Positions 36,701-52,030 of a stretch of 64,000 nucleotides of DNA are shown here, in pieces; the first letter of the stretch is position 1; each line of letters begins with the position of its first letter. The notes below the pieces were generated by a model. The model made no database searches. It saw only the letters and a program-made list of their open reading frames with translations, and was not told the DNA's origin. Both the position numbers and the translations under genes were made by a program. Location: positions 310,001-374,000 of the forward strand of contig CM082577.2 of assembly GCA_040954595.2 (NCBI GenBank). Reading direction: 5' to 3'. Origin of the DNA: Balanoglossus misakiensis. Its lineage: Eukaryota; Animalia; Hemichordata.

Positions 36701-39700
36701 GATGAATTCCATGAGTGGCTTAAAAATGATCAGTGTCCAATTCAGCTAGACTTACCAACAAATGGTCTGGGAGTATATGATATCCAGAACATTCTTTGGG
36801 ATTTCAAATTCTTGCTGTCCAATGGCTCTGGTCACACCACACAGGCACTTAGTCACCAACAATCTGCAAATAAATATAAATGATGAATACCTCCTTTTCT
36901 GCCATGTCAAAATATTGACCAGAAAGGTTATCAATTTCATAATCATAAAGACCAACCATCCTGTTTGGAAAAAAAAATATCTGAAAGCAATAAACTACCA
37001 TCAAATAACCTTTAACTGCAAACTGTCACACAAATGTTGACATAACATTTCTTAGAACACTTTGTGACATAATTTGATAGACACAAATAGACTGATGGAG
37101 GATGGTAGAGAACTTACTTTCGAGGAAATTCAATGAACAGCACAGTTCCAGCCACAACAAAAAAGTCAGTCATTGCCAACTTGTACATTTCTTGGCCAAC
37201 ATATGTTTCCCAGCACTGCAAACAGAGAAAAAGTCTATCCATCAAGCTATAGATTAAACACTGCATGACTTCACTGACCAGTAAATGTATTCTATCTGGT
37301 GTTTTGTCAGAATTATATTGACTTCCGTGTTACCAGGGTTCCCCAGTAATTTAACTGTGGTTGCCTTTGGTATATCACTCACCTGTAAGTTGCTTGGCTG
37401 GCAAACACCACAGGAATCTTGGTCGCTCGCGTCACAAACAATCTGTGGATAGATGGAGGCGATCAAGACAGCCAACGAGGCCAGCCTCAGGAATACAGTC
37501 CTGTCGAGGAGGTATATAAAAGATCACAATGTCAACATGTCATAGGAAGACAATGGGGAAAAATAATTCATAAACATGCAGATCCTGTGATCAGCTGATA
37601 TCACACTTTTCTTCTGAACAAACCCTACACAGTGAGTTTACCTGACAAGTGTGAACTTGACCTCAAACTCGGGGCTATAGTCTTCAAAACGGATCAGGGA
37701 TGCAAAGATCAGTGGTACCACAATGTTCAGAGCCGAAATTGTGATAGACGGCAGATAGCTGATGAGGAACAGCAGGATTTCATCAGTTGTCACTGGATTG
37801 TTTTTGTTCTGTGGATGAAAGAGTACAAATTTGATGAATTGTTGTAAAACTGATTGATATGTACTGAAATTGTATAGTACAAAACAAGTTTCTTTTTTTT
37901 TAAAGTCACAAGTAATGAGTTTTCACCTCACATTGCTTCTTATCATATTACCCTGTTTTAGCTCAAACTGTATTCATCTTTTACCATTTTTTTAATTTTT
38001 TTATTTCACTTATGACTTTGGGTCCAACTTTCTACCACTCATTTTTTTTCTCAAAACTATTTCCTTACAACATTCCCAGAATAACAACATCAAGCTGAGA
38101 ATACTCTGCGCTAGTTCATGTAATTTCTTGGAAACAAACAACGGAAGTGGTTCAAACATTCGTCACCTACAGAGATAAACCTCTGTCAGGGTAAACAAGC
38201 TATGACGTCACACACAAACAAGGTCAGTTGAACTGACCTGCAAGGCAAAATCTGTGGTGTAGTAGATGAGATAGCCAGCTCCAGCCAGGATGACAATGAC
38301 AATTAGATTTATGAAGAGTCTGGCTGTGTATAGACCGAATTTCTGACATCCGGTACGCTTTGCCCTCCTGAGAGCTCTTCTTTCTTCTTCCAAGTCAGTC
38401 TGCAGTGGAAATGAAAAGTGAGATTTCATCTCTCTATATTCTCAGTTCATTAGTTTTATCAACTGCTTTTAAAATAAACTATGTGGATGGTGTAACATTC
38501 TTATGGTCAAAAGCAGTCTTGCAAAGTTTTAATTGCTTTTGATTTGTCAATTCTTCAACTCGTTTATCATACAAACAGGTGCACAAAAGGTGCATGAATT
38601 CTATAACCTGTGTGAATAAACCTTCTGCGGCACTTTACATGATCCCTTTCATTCCTCCAGATTTGAAGCAATGGAAATTAGCCCACTCTCATTGGCTCAA
38701 TGTGTGTTGAGCCATTCAGTTGATTCGCTGACTTACAGTGAGTTCAAAATGTAGACTCTTGTGTTTGAGCTTAGCAGACTTCTCATCTGTCATACTGTAA
38801 TCCCAGCCGGCAAACACTTTATTACAGTGTTTGTAGAAATGGTCTTCTTGATTTGCTAGGCTGTCGCGGAAACCTCTCGCTGTGCTGTAATTGAATGAGA
38901 ACACATACAGACATATTAGAAATCCTGACATCTATTTTTAGCAATGCTGTGCACATATGTGACTATTGTAATTACATTGGCCATTTTTTACTAACAGCAC
39001 TTATATGCACACTTTCCAGAGCAGAACTTTATTTGCACTAAAAATATTATTAAGAGACTGAGTTCTTACAGAAATTCAGTCAGCCAACCACTCCTGCCCT
39101 GACCATTAACACACCAACTTTAACTATACTGGACGTGTCCGCAATTGTGCGTCTTCTGAAAATACGCCAGTTGACTTGACAAGTTGATAAAAGAGACAGA
39201 GTTCTGGCCACATGTAGCGTTCTCATCAACTCATCAACAATAAATCAAAACTGGGACTGTCAACTTTGAAATGTTACAGACGTTTTGTCTGCAGGGGGGT
39301 ACTTGACTGGTAAGGGGGTGATGGTCACACACACTTCATGATTCATTAACCCTTTCACCACCATGGCAATATCATCTCAAACTGACAGCGGAATACTTAC
39401 TGTCTGACCATCAGGATGAGACTGATGAAAAAATAGAAAATGGCTACCAGAAGGTAGGCTAAAGGCATGTTGTAACTGATGGAGGTACCACCAAAACTGA
39501 CAAGTACATCACTGCTGTAGTAGTAGCCATAGAATAACTCTGTCATCTCCATGAAACCCTGAAAGTAAATCATACAGCAAACTGTCAGTGAATTGTAGCT
39601 GGAATCTTGGAATCGTGTCACAGGATAGTGGATGGATGCGTAATTGTATTCTGCCTTTCAGTGGAAATACACCCATTGCGAATCTTTCGACCAGAAGTGC

Positions 39701-42700
39701 AATATTTGAGCAATTGTGTCTTGTATCATGTGTCTGTAACCTACACATAGTAAACTTAAATTTGCCTTGAGTTGATTTTTTAGAATAAACCTAGATTTTA
39801 TGACTTTTCCATTCAACAACAAAGACTGAGCTTGACATTTTTGTGCCCCACCCCCCTCAACCCAATCACGAAACAAAGCAATAACCCAGATGTTCAATTA
39901 TCCGTGACACGGGTAATGCACGTCATGCTACAATGACTTTGAGGTACAGTTGAATCCTCTGGGGTAAAATTATTTTCCTTGTTTAAATTTGGCATAATTT
40001 TTCTAAATGTAAAAAAAATTGTCATGGATTCTCTAAGGATAAGGGCAACAAAATTGATTAAAATGGAAACAATATCGTGTAGAATATAAACTTACTGTGC
40101 CTTGGAGGAAATCAAGGATGTTCTGGAGGGCATCACCTTTTTTATCAACAACATAGGGACATGTTCCGTCTAAAACGACAACAACAAAACTACAATCACT
40201 ATAAATCCAGAAAAAAGCCTCCCAAGGTTTGTCATGTTTAATCTGCTGGCCATATTATTTTTTAAATCTTAAATGAAATTCAAATTTGTTTGTTGCTGAC
40301 TAGTTTGACATACAGTAGTATTTATTGACACATTTTTTCAAGCCATTTGGATTTCTCCGAAAAACCGAAACCAACAGAACATTTGCAGGAAATTCAGAAG
40401 TTTCTAAGAGTGGTGGTATATAGCACAGGAATTTTTACTGCTAGGAAGAGTATGTCCCTTCAGTGACACACATTAACCTTTCAGTGAAGCAAGGCCGGTC
40501 GATTTACAAGTCTGAATCAACAAAAAATGGGTTAGCTGGCTGGCTTGCATGCATGCAGTCATGACACAGCGTACCTTCATAAATTTTCACAAGTGCACAA
40601 AAAAGTTCTTTGTGCCACTTGAGTTCATTAGCAAAACTGTAGACCAGCAGAAAAAACACACCTTTGGTCGAATTAAAGTACATGTATATATTCTGAATGG
40701 TACCATACATCAATTTCATTATTTAAACATGCAAGTTTCTTGAGCCATGCCCGTGTTAAACATGTTCTATGTGTTTGTTCGTTTTAAAAATTTGCCCAAA
40801 ACCATACAAATAATTTCATGATAAATCAGTTTTGTAGAATAAATTAATGGCTAGCTCACTCTACAACCTGAAAGATCAAGTTACATTCAACATTTGATCA
40901 TGCTGTATATGCTTTCTGCATGGCTCAGATTCAGACTTACAATCAATTCAAAGACACTTTGTCAGACGACCAATCGTATAAAATACTGTCAGTTAGCAAC
41001 ACCGAGTTGTTTTTAACAAGGCTGTAAATAACAACAGATTTTGAACAAGCAGACGTTTACAAATCTGTTTCAGTTGCCAAGAGCTTGAAGTGTATTTACC
41101 ACAACACAGTCCTACTTGCAATTGTCAAATGAGGGCCAGAGAGATTTTTATCAATTGAAAGAAAGAATTCAGGTGAAGTTGGGGGATATCACTGATACGC
41201 TTTTTCTTTAATAGGGGCATTTGCGTACATTCTCTGTGCGAGGCAACTGCAAGCCTGCAGCGTTCTACAAAATTCACAATAATACCTCGGCTGCACCAAC
41301 AATGCCAATGAACAATGTCGATAAAGCGTCATTGACAGAATATTCACAAACTATTGAGATATCTTCAGCAAAAAGTTCTGAGTACCCTACATTCTCAAGA
41401 ACCCTTGAAGATGACACAGGCAGGGCTAAACAGTACAAGGCTTTCACAGATGATAATCACCTTGATTGTAGTAAAAGAAATACCCATCTATAAAGGCATG
41501 ACTCACATCTTAAGTCTTTGATCACTACAACTTTGTTACTAATTTGCATTAATTTTGTGATGTTCGACACAGATTTAGACACAGGTATGTTGTGGTCATT
41601 GAGAGGTTGTGACAGCTTGCTTTTAATTTATTGAGAGTTGCTAAAAGTCACTTACTTGATGTGTCCACTGCGAGTACTCTGGAAAATACGGCTTGCGGAA
41701 CCACCACAAATATCAGCCAGAGCAAGAAGATGTACAAATTCAGAAATACAATCCACTTTAAGAATATGAAATATGTGACGATACCACTTCCAAATTTACC
41801 TGTGAAATCATACAAATGAAAACATTTATATTGTTCTTAAAAAGTGGCCAAATCCTGCTTTGTTATTCAGTGTTTCCGTATCCCATGGTTTGAAATTTGT
41901 ATTTGTTATTCTTGCCATACAAACTTCATACTGTACTATGACAAATGAAAATTACAGTGAAACCCAAAATTTTAACTTAATACATATGAGAAAATACTAA
42001 AATCTGTTGCATGTAATTTGACCTTGTTCCTCGCTGATTTTGTTATGTGCATGAAGAAACTCACCTTCAACCTCTTTGAATGAAGCTCTCCATACTTCCA
42101 GTCTGGCCATCAAGTCATTAAATTTTTCTTTGAATCGTTTCCATTTCTGCAACAAAATTACATTTTTATTCATCTTGCTGTTCACATACCAATTCATTGA
42201 CAAGTTACATTCAAATAATTTCAAATAAGAATACAAATTTTTTTACGAAAAAAAGGATGATTGTTAAAACTTTCATAAAATCAACTCCTACAATAGTACA
42301 TACATTCATTTACAAAGCACATTTAGCATGAGTTGTTAATACTAAAGTACAGTCAGTGTATTGAACTGCCAAACACTCAACAGAAGAAGTATAATTTTTC
42401 AGGGTGAGTGAAATGTAGTAAAATTGCAAATGACAAAATAACATAAAATATGGATTAATGCAGAATTGTGAAATAGCTATACAATGTTCATAAATGGAGA
42501 AAATTTGAAACATCTACAAAATACATATATCACTTTACAATAGCACCTGTATTTTCGGACAAAATTACAAGTAGAGGATAAAACCAGTTTGTTTATTTTT
42601 TCTGACTTGCTGGTACGCAGAATATTTGCTGTGTTGGATAAAAAAAACCTAACAGAGAGGAATCTGTGATCTGAAAACTCACCATTGCCATATTGAACTG

Positions 42701-45700
42701 ACAGGCTTTGCAGCCAGATAATGTTCTCGTGCTGCCAACATTGAGTCTGGCTCTGAAAATAAATTAAAAGAAAAGAAAACAATTATTGAGGGAAAATACA
42801 AGTTAGGAGAAAGACTTCATTCACTGGTAAACACATTTTTATGACAAAAATGTAAATCCATCCACTAAGCTTCTAATAGAAATTTTATGGTACTATTTAC
42901 TATGACCCTAATGTATTCACCTGGTACAAGTATTGCAATACCCATTTACTGATTACATAACCAATATTGTGAAGCTGTTAAAATTCTAAAATCAAATGAT
43001 GAAATTCTGCATTTAGTACTAAACATTCTCTAATTTTTACATATTTAGAATCAGATATATTTTTTTAGTTTACAGATCCATTTAAATTGAAATCCATAAA
43101 GCAAAACGTGAAAAGTGACCAAAAAATATAATAGACATCTTGCTGTTAATTTTATGACAGTAAGCCAAACCGGTCAATTCAGATTTAGGTTTTAATAACA
43201 TTGCTTCATTACAACAATATTTATAGTGCCCAGTGTGGTCTTAGTTTGTTGGAATAAAATATTTATTCACTGAGGTCAAAAAATATGGCTTTCATAAAAT
43301 GTCAGTGATTAGCCCTAGGCTAAAGTACATGTAGTTATTTTGCTTCGCAAATGATCTCATGGTACAGACTGACATTAGATTGAACAGCCACCATCTGCTG
43401 TTATATCCTGTTAGCATAACTGGTAATATATCATTTACACTGGTATTGTTTGCAGAATGTCTGTGCTGTCATGTGTACAGAAGACGATAATTTGTTTTTT
43501 AATCAAGATATAAACATGCATAACAAAAACAATCATTTCACACAGACTTAAGTTAGGGTATTGTTTGTTTGATTCAATTTATACATGAAGGAAAGATGCT
43601 CTGTCCATTCTTTATTTTGTTCATTTCCAAGTGACTTAGCAGACTCTTCTTCAAAATTCCCTGAGTCCAATGATTTATAAGAATAACCACTTGTAACATT
43701 CATTTTTTGATGGAAAAAATTAAGTACATTAATTTCAGTTTGTAGAGCCATATCCAGATTCAGTTATCAGGCTCTGGTAGAGGACTATAAATTTCAATAA
43801 AGCATGTGACTGCAACAATCTGGGTGGTAATAGCCTCCTGTGAGTGTAATTTGATTAGGAGAGAGCATTTGATCATCAATCAATTGCTGGTTAAACTTAA
43901 AGCTTGGACCCTGATCGCGGTGCCACGGCTGTTTTAAATACGTGAAAACCTATTTAGTATTTTCATATTAGATTTTAATAGGCCAAACCAAAATTTTAGT
44001 GGTCCCAATATTACAAACCTTTAAAAAGCAGGGATGGTTGTTTGGGAAAAACTACAGTCTGGTTTACTGGAACTACACATTTTTTTGCTAATTTTAATAC
44101 TAACAAAACTTAATTAGCCCCTCGCCATAATATGAAATGATAGAAACCAATAGCAGTTGTCAGTTATCTTTACAAGGTCAATGAAGTGACTAAATATTTT
44201 AATCTGCTGGATGCACGCATCTGTGACTAATAAATTTGTTTGGGAGACTGGTAACAGGTAGCGACAGCATCCTGCCTGACCTGTTTACATCTGGTATCCA
44301 CGAAACAAAGTGGTCAATGCCAGCGACAATGACTTCACACAATGGGTTCACTTGCACAGTGTACACTCAAAAATACCATCTCTTTTCATGCAAGGTACCC
44401 TACAAAGACACAAAGGGTACACTCAGCCTTGTGGAGTCACGACGTACACGCTCCTTCCACACTCGAGATCTCTGCCAAGTCATCCTTGTATGGCCTGTCA
44501 ACATGTCAGATACAGCTGTACATAGCCCCGGCCGAGACTTGCACAATACCAGGCAGCCAATTTGCTAAATCACAGCACAAATTCATGAAATCTCATCACG
44601 TTCATTTGAACTCTTATAAGAAAATTGGGGATTTTAGGATGTTCATACACCAGGCAAAGTGACACATAACACTCTCAACAAGAAAACCACCTACTGCTTG
44701 AGTGTTTCAGTTATGCATTTGTCATTCTTTGAATAAAATTGCCGGACAATATAAACATAAAAAAATCCTCTTAAACTTGTTTATTATGTCATTTCTCCTC
44801 ACAAAATCAGTCTATGAAAAGTAGTAAAGATTTATCGCCCTTTATGATAGTTAACGACATCATGTACTTAGATCATCACATACCACGAGATATATTGCGG
44901 GACATGCGAGTGTCTCTTTTCAACCGGACACTCTCCTTTATTGGATATAAGTCGTGACTGGACATTGCATCAGTGACTATAGATGCACACAAAAACACTT
45001 TTGTCAATTGACATAATAGGGGAAATAACCTGTAGAGTTACTGCTTTTGCTGGACAGAATATGTAGACGTTGTGAGCATTGTCAAAAGCGGCAGGTTCTG
45101 AAATACCTAAGACTGGGTTATGAAGGATCTCTGTGTATGCGGTAGTGATTGTACCATGGAAACAGACTGAAAACTATAAAACAGAATTGACTTTTTCCCC
45201 TCCTTTCTGCGTGGATGGACACCTTTGTTTACACTTCAGTCTGCGCACACACAATACGAAGTCTATCTAATCATCCCGAGATGTATAAACAACACGAGCA
45301 GCCAATGATGCTCATGATTTTTTCATTTTATTTTTCACACAGCATCTGCACCCATCTTTTGATGCAAATTAATAGCAGTTTGTATGTGTAGATAGATCCA
45401 AGCTGTGAGCTTGCACAATTTCAAGGGAATGACGTCACATTTCATGGGGGATCAACAATTACAAAAGAGACAGTTTTGACTTTCTGTTATGCAACTACGC
45501 AAAGACGGAGTGAAATCAATACTTTATTCAGACATCACAGTCATCATAACACTTAAAATACCAAGTTTATTTCTGCAGCTACTAAGTCCCTCTTTCTACT
45601 GTATTCATCTTGTGTACACTGTACAAGGTTTTTCCCGTACATTTCAGTATAAAGAACTTTCTCTGGTTGATTTCAACAACTTTAGCTTGGAGTACATGGA

Positions 45701-48598
45701 CAGGTTTGATCAGGTTAATGGGCCATGTCAAAGGTGTGTTTTTGTTTACAATGAAAAGTACAGAGTCAATTACAGTTTATTATTAACAATGCTGTATCTA
45801 TGACAACTACATGTACATGTACATGTAGCTACCATGATGTTTCTCCCGCTTAATTTTTACTTTGGTGTAAATATTAAACATTTAAAAAGATTTGCCTTTT
45901 ATTCAGTGAACAGTATACCCAAGCCAAATCTAAGATCACCAGAAATCCACATTGCATAATTGTGAGGGTAAATAGTAACCCTGGCAATGTGCAGCAAAGT
46001 TTTACCAAAACAAGAGTGTTATTTTTTTATTTCACATTCTGCAGGTTTTGGAGTTTTCTTACAAGAGTGGGGTATACTCAAAAACGCAAGCCTTCATATG
46101 ACTCATATCACCCCATCTTACGTCACACTGAGGGTCAGACTCCACTGTTCAATAGAAACTTTTATGTCTGTTTGTATAAACCCTGTCCCTTTCCCTCACA
46201 ACACCATCTACACTTCACTTGTCTAGGTCCACCAGTCCAGAACTGTTCCCATGGAATGACCAGTAAATAAAAAAAACAGAAACTGTGAATCACTCTTTCT
46301 TTTCCAAAATTTGAAGAGATTCACATGCTGTAATTTGTTGCTGACATTTTATTACTAAAAGAAACACAGCCACGAACCCATTTGGAGTAATAAATTCACA
46401 GATCACACATCCCCCAGTCGGCACCCTAATTTGTTATTAAAGCCCCAATAGGTGCCCGTTTCAGCATACTTATAAACAGAAAATTCTTCAGTATTCTTAG
46501 CTGACAATCTACACCATTTTGAATTAGTTGGAGATCCAAGAGCACATACCACAACAGTTATTCTTGCAATGGGTGGCTGAATAAATGGGTGTGGCACCTG
46601 TTTATTATTAAACTTGTTCATCGAGACTTACAATCGGAGGTTGATACTATATTTTGTGTACCCATCAGATGGACCATTTAAATGGGCTGTTCTAAGCTTG
46701 AAAGTAAAATCCTAAAAATACACTGCAAGAAATGGTAGCTAATGGGCCTTTAAAAATTTTGCTACATGTACTAGTACTGGGGCTTTAATATGAATGACAC
46801 TCGGAGAACGGTCCAACTGTACATGTGCCTACATCTATATTACTATTTCTTTTCTTGATGAGAACAATACTGATATAACATACTATCAAATATTTATACA
46901 TTAATGACTTAGTAATGCCAACTTAGCAATTATTTTCACAATTTTTCATCCATTCAGTGATATCCTAGCGGTTTAAAAATAGTCTCCCCATTACATGTAC
47001 AACACTCTGCCATTAAACTTTTATGATCATCAATAATTTCATTGAAAGCACAAATTAACTCTCTAAGAAACACTATAGCACAAATCTTGATGTCAAGAAA
47101 TGGGTTCTTCTTATCACAGTGAAAGACATTATTGTAAGATAAGAAATATACTAATCAGTTTCAATTCTACCTATCATTTATATATTTTATCGCCCTGCAT
47201 TAATTATTCATCTTAATTTTAGATAAAGTTAGATTCATTTGAACTCAAATGCCCCGCTTATTGACAGGGTATGTGTTATTTACTTTTCATGGTACAAAAC
47301 AAACAGATCAGTGAAATGTAATAGTTGTATTTAATATAAAATTTATGACAGTGTAATTTGATGATTCTGACCTGTGTGTGTGTGAGGCAACCGTACAGTA
47401 AATCCTTGTACAAATGTTATAATACCCACTGGTTGATATGAACTGATACTAGAGATAGAAAATTCTATGGTTTGATGTTTGTGAATGATCGCGTTTTAAT
47501 AGTCTGCTTGCAAGCTGAAAACATTGGGATACTAGTAACGACATTTTACAAAAAGTAACGGTAAACATCCTGTCAACCTTATATTTACATTGATCACAAA
47601 CGTTGTCATGAATATAAAACAAGTTTGTGGTATATTTTGTACAGCAATGTTCAAAACTTAGGATGGAGATCAAAAATAAAATTTTACCTTATGAGTCAAT
47701 GTGAGGGTGACTGAACATTATAATTTTCGATCACCCCATGCTCCCGGCGAAAGAGTCTACCTCCCCCAATCCACCAGCGACTCTTACACACTCCATTGAC
47801 TCTAGTACCTCCATGATTGACTGAAGATTAGTGGTTTTCAAGGTGAACTGCCAGTATTATAGTACACGTCAGAATTTAGACTGAACTGGCCGTGCTACCT
47901 ATGACAACCACTTCCCTTCACTCGGGTCAGAACAACATAAATCGCTTACCTCAATTCCCTTTTCTTACTCAAGTTAGCTGGCATCTCTCGGATCTGTTTT
48001 GCCTTCGCCTCCTCGGCAGCGGCTGGGTCTTTCTCGTCGTCTATTCTCTGCATTTCGATATCCCCGTGCCGTGAGGCCGATCGCGATCTCCTGGTGGCCA
48101 TCCCGACCCCTGAACGTCTTCTCAAGCTGTTGGGATCAGAACTTGGGTGCCGATGTTGTTGACTTGGCAATGCTGAGTAATACGAAGCCGAATTACCGAT
48201 ACCAGTCGACGATGACGGTTCGACGCCGCTTTGGCTCGACTGGTGGTTACCTGCAAAACGTTGAACTGTGAGACCCGTTTATTGGGAACACAATAGCTGG
48301 CTATTATTATGCACTTGTCCACTATATGCAGATATATTACTACGTAACAACTGCCGCATGTTTACTCCTTTTCGTCAGCTATTGTTTCTTTCTCCAGTGA
48401 ATCCATTGAAACCAGAAACTTAGTCGTTACGTACACGGATACGTCATTAATTCCCTCATGAATAGTGTATGAGAAACCTGTGGCCGGGAAGGCCGAGGTG
48501 ACGATTTACAGTGAAACTTTGTCGAAAAAAAGTTTGCTCTTACCTCCGTTACCATAATTACTCAACTCAAAATTTTCAGCTGGATAGTTTTGATCCAT
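33746..48598 (-). CDS. TMC7: Transmembrane channel-like protein, TMC7-like (subfamily C, TMC4/7/8), ~772 aa, 17 coding exons
   Basis: Exons 48598-48544, 48250-47950, 42752-42683, 42146-42065, 41799-41656, 40169-40096, 39558-39401, 38884-38737, 38399-38238, 37808-37642, 37500-37383, 37215-37118, 36863-36756, 36410-36204, 35955-35800, 34759-34682, 33938-33746; 2319 nt, phases consistent. TMC signature [13 protein letters not shown], plus [67 protein letters not shown]. The first exon is less certain. Confidence 0.92.
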
Positions 48599-50247
48599 TT
48601 TAGCCTATTTCTCTCACAACATTTTAGTGGACCATCATTTCAGACAATTTCCGTTTCAGATAATGGCGGAGAACAGTTTCTCCTCCACGAAGGAGCAAAC
48701 CGTTTCAAGCGCTCCATTTGCAACAAAATTCTTCTGCCGTATAAAAATGATTATAAGGGGTGTGTCTAAACGTTTGTAATTGTGTTAACTTTTGAACCAC
48801 CGTCACAATTTTGATGACTGACATTTTTTATGACGTCCTCGGACGGGAAGAATTTTTATCGGTTACCAGAAAGTTTGCAGAGTGCCCTTGAAACCGTTCA
48901 GTTGAATGGTCATCATGTAGTGTATTCTTATGCAAATCAGATCTATATAAAGGTTATTGTGGCAACCAGTCTAAACATGGACGCATACCGCTCCTCCCAT
49001 AAAGACATTTTTACCTCCGCTCGCAACAGTGATTCGATGGCTTTGTGCCACTTTTGCGTCAGTTTGGGTGCACATTCGCAGACCTAAAATGTTCTTCCAT
49101 TGGATGCGCGCGATTGCTGGACCATTTTAATTATGTCATATACCTTTCTCGATTTATTCATACGGTAACCATGGAGGTCCATGATTTTAACCATCCATGT
49201 TAGTAACCAACTGATGAACTGGAAAAGTGTCACATTACATTGCTCGCAACATGTAGATTGCTTGGCACATTGAAGCGTGTAAAGGTCACGGCGAAAGTAG
49301 AAAGCTAACTTGACGCATGAGGCCTATACTGGCCCAAAGAAAAAGCTTAGGTCTACTTCACCAAGATAGGCCTACTCTTAGCCTACTTTGACAAAACATG
49401 ACACTATTTATTTCATAAATTGCAAAAATCGAAAGTTGAGATGTTTGATCAGAATCCTACAGTTGAAAGTAGTCTATTTACCCACATTCGAGAATTGACT
49501 GGTAGTTATGATGGGAGTCAGAATTAGATTCAAATTATGGCATAGTGATGGCACCTCTATCCATCACGTGACGTGTGCTGTTTCCAATTTTACATTTTAA
49601 AGATTTCCTCACATCTAGACACTGTTCTGATAAAGCAACTTCGTGGTGTTTTTGGCTCATATGAGCAAAGGAAACTTCGATTTTACAGTTTTAAAAAGTG
49701 AGGAAAGTTCAATATGTCAGTACAGTTCCGAGGGGTAAAATCTACTGAAATTATACGCCCTAATAAAACTGCTTTTACATGGCGTACAGCCACTGTCCCA
49801 TGAGTTTTACGGGAATATATATAGCTGTTGAAATTTAAAACTGATAGTGAAGACCGAACCATATGACACTAGAGGGCGACCAAGTCATCAACAGGTATGA
49901 GGTATGATTGTGATCGACAAGTACACTCCCACCGCAGTATGGAGCGGCCTACTAGCAGAGGTTGGCTGACTATGCACACACTGATAATCGATCATTTGAG
50001 CTTGAGAGATTTCGTTGCAACGAGGATAATGAAAATTCCACATTTCTTTTTTTCACTTATCTTTTTACTACTAGTATATCCCCTAGCCTATAGGCCTACA
50101 TATACCATGACCATCATCTCCAAACCAAGATGGTACACCCGGGGGTACAACAGGCTGCGTAACTAAGTCTTCCTTGCCTTTACATGTAAAATAGAAAATA
50201 GTTCAACACTTTTACACCAGTAAACGTACGAACGTACAAAGAATAAA

Positions 50248-50700
50248 ACTTACTTTCGAAAATTGACGCTTTGAGTAACTTGGAAGGCTTCTAGTTCAAA
50301 CTGGTCCGTAATTAATGCTCACAGTGGGTTTCACGACTGGATTACCGGTGGCGTTATCAATAACCGCGGTAAGTCTATATCCTCCTCAAGCAGGAAAAGC
50401 TAATCTTCACGAGTTCAAACTCATTTACGTCAGATGGGCGTGTCGTCAAGGATAATTCCACGAAACTTAATCAACAGGTTGCAACTCTAAATATAACTCG
50501 CATCTGATTGGCCCCAAGTAAGATTGACCGATGAGTCACCTTCACATGCGCCCTCTACGACATCAACGGGAATAACATATAACAATTTCCTGGTGGCCAA
50601 CTTCGAAATTTGGTTGGCGTCGGCTGGCTGCATCAAATATCACGGAAAAACACTCACTGAATAACTAGAACCAAGATTATATATACAGCTCAGGTATGCA
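50248..50700. promoter_or_regulatory. Putative promoter and non-coding first exon region between the divergent TMC genes
   Basis: Locally CpG-richer. Minus-strand donor GTAAGT at 50253-50248; plus-strand donors at 50369 (GTAAGT) and 50694 (CAG|GTATGC); reverse CCAAT near 50507; an acceptor (TGCAG ending 54719) lies just upstream of the TMC5/6-like ATG. Confidence 0.4.
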
Positions 50701-51994
50701 CGAGTTTAATTCTAACTTCTATGGTCAATTTTAACGAAGGTTCGCAAAATTCTTTTGTTTTTGTGCCTGAACTGAATCGCACGATCAGCCATTGACTTAA
50801 TTTTTGGCAGAGGTGTGTACGTACACACCTACACCAGGGTGATGGATATGTGTGGTGTTGGTATCAGAAATCAGATGAAATGGCACGTCTTTCGAGAAAT
50901 TGTTTCACGATGTCGCCTATTTAGGATAAATTCCAACGATCAAAATACGCGAGAGAGCACACGCGCAAAATCAGGGAGCAACAGTTTCACGACTGAAAAC
51001 ACTGTCACTGTCATTAGTTACGTAACGAGTGTAACTCGGGCAGCGAGTCATTTTTCCCCCACCCAGACTGCTCCCCACCCAAGGCTTAGTACTCACTGTT
51101 TGTTGGGTACCCCTTGAAAAAATCATGAATTTGGATTGAAGTTATAATTTCAAAGGCTGTTTTAAAGCAGAAAAATATTGAACTGGACCACTGTCACTCC
51201 ATGATTGTTATTTTGACCTGTGGTCTCTGGTGTGGCCCCTAAATTATTGGATTCGAATTCGTGTCTCATTATTAAAATCAATTGTTGTCAGATAACAACT
51301 GCAGACTGGTGCAGTACTTGTCAGTCTTGTCGATGAGGGGCCAAAGGTCATTCAGTGTATATATTATCATAGTTCCTCAAAAGTAGTACTAGTAGCTACA
51401 GTTCTGAAATATCGATACTGACCCCCGTGACCCAATTGTCGGTTTGTCAGAATGCTTCACATGTTCATGGTAATTTGGTGATTTTGGATGAAATTGAAAA
51501 CCACAAATGATCAATGCTGAGAAAAGTGCTTATACTAAGAAATTGTTGTACATGTATTGCCTCATTCTCTGAAGCCGGATGTTGCTATCTTAAATCTGTG
51601 TACAATTGCTAGATTGTAAGAGGACCTCTTGAAGATTACAATTGAAGATTCTATCCAGAAAATTGCTAGATACTTCAAAAAAATTCCTGCAGAGACTTTC
51701 AGTATAGCTATCCAGGACAAATATGGGCCTTACTCATTGTATGTGGCTTAATGCTGTTTTTCAAATTTAGCTGTGGTTTTCTTGAAAGGTAACCTTGGGG
51801 AAACCAGATGAGATCACATTTACTCAGGCCTCTTGGCTACAATGAACAACAATTCTCCAGAAATGCCATAGGTTAATACTCACTAGTATTCGTCCAGTAA
51901 GGCACGATGATGCTGGATGGATACAATCTGCAGGATTGTTACTGTTGATGGTCAATTTTTTTAGATACCACACCCTGACCCAGAACCACAATGT

Positions 51995-52030
51995 AATGAA
52001 TGAATGAATGAATGAATGAATGAATGAATG
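51995..52030. repeat. (AATG)9 microsatellite
   Basis: Perfect tetranucleotide run read directly from the sequence. Confidence 0.95.

Noticed and set aside
41221-41493. 90-aa plus-strand ORF inside a TMC7-like intron; possible nested gene
   Set aside because: TTG start, no motif and no supporting exon chain.
44236-45100. Exon-like segments in the large TMC7-like intron (near 44400-44495 and 45030-45097)
   Set aside because: Stops in the required phase or incompatible phases; the 47950->42752 junction already gives a continuous frame.
49144-49200. Short minus-strand ORF MDLHGYRMNKSRK ending at a GT donor
   Set aside because: Phase 0, incompatible with the phase-1 acceptor at 48250 (leads to a stop at 48122); at most a non-coding exon.
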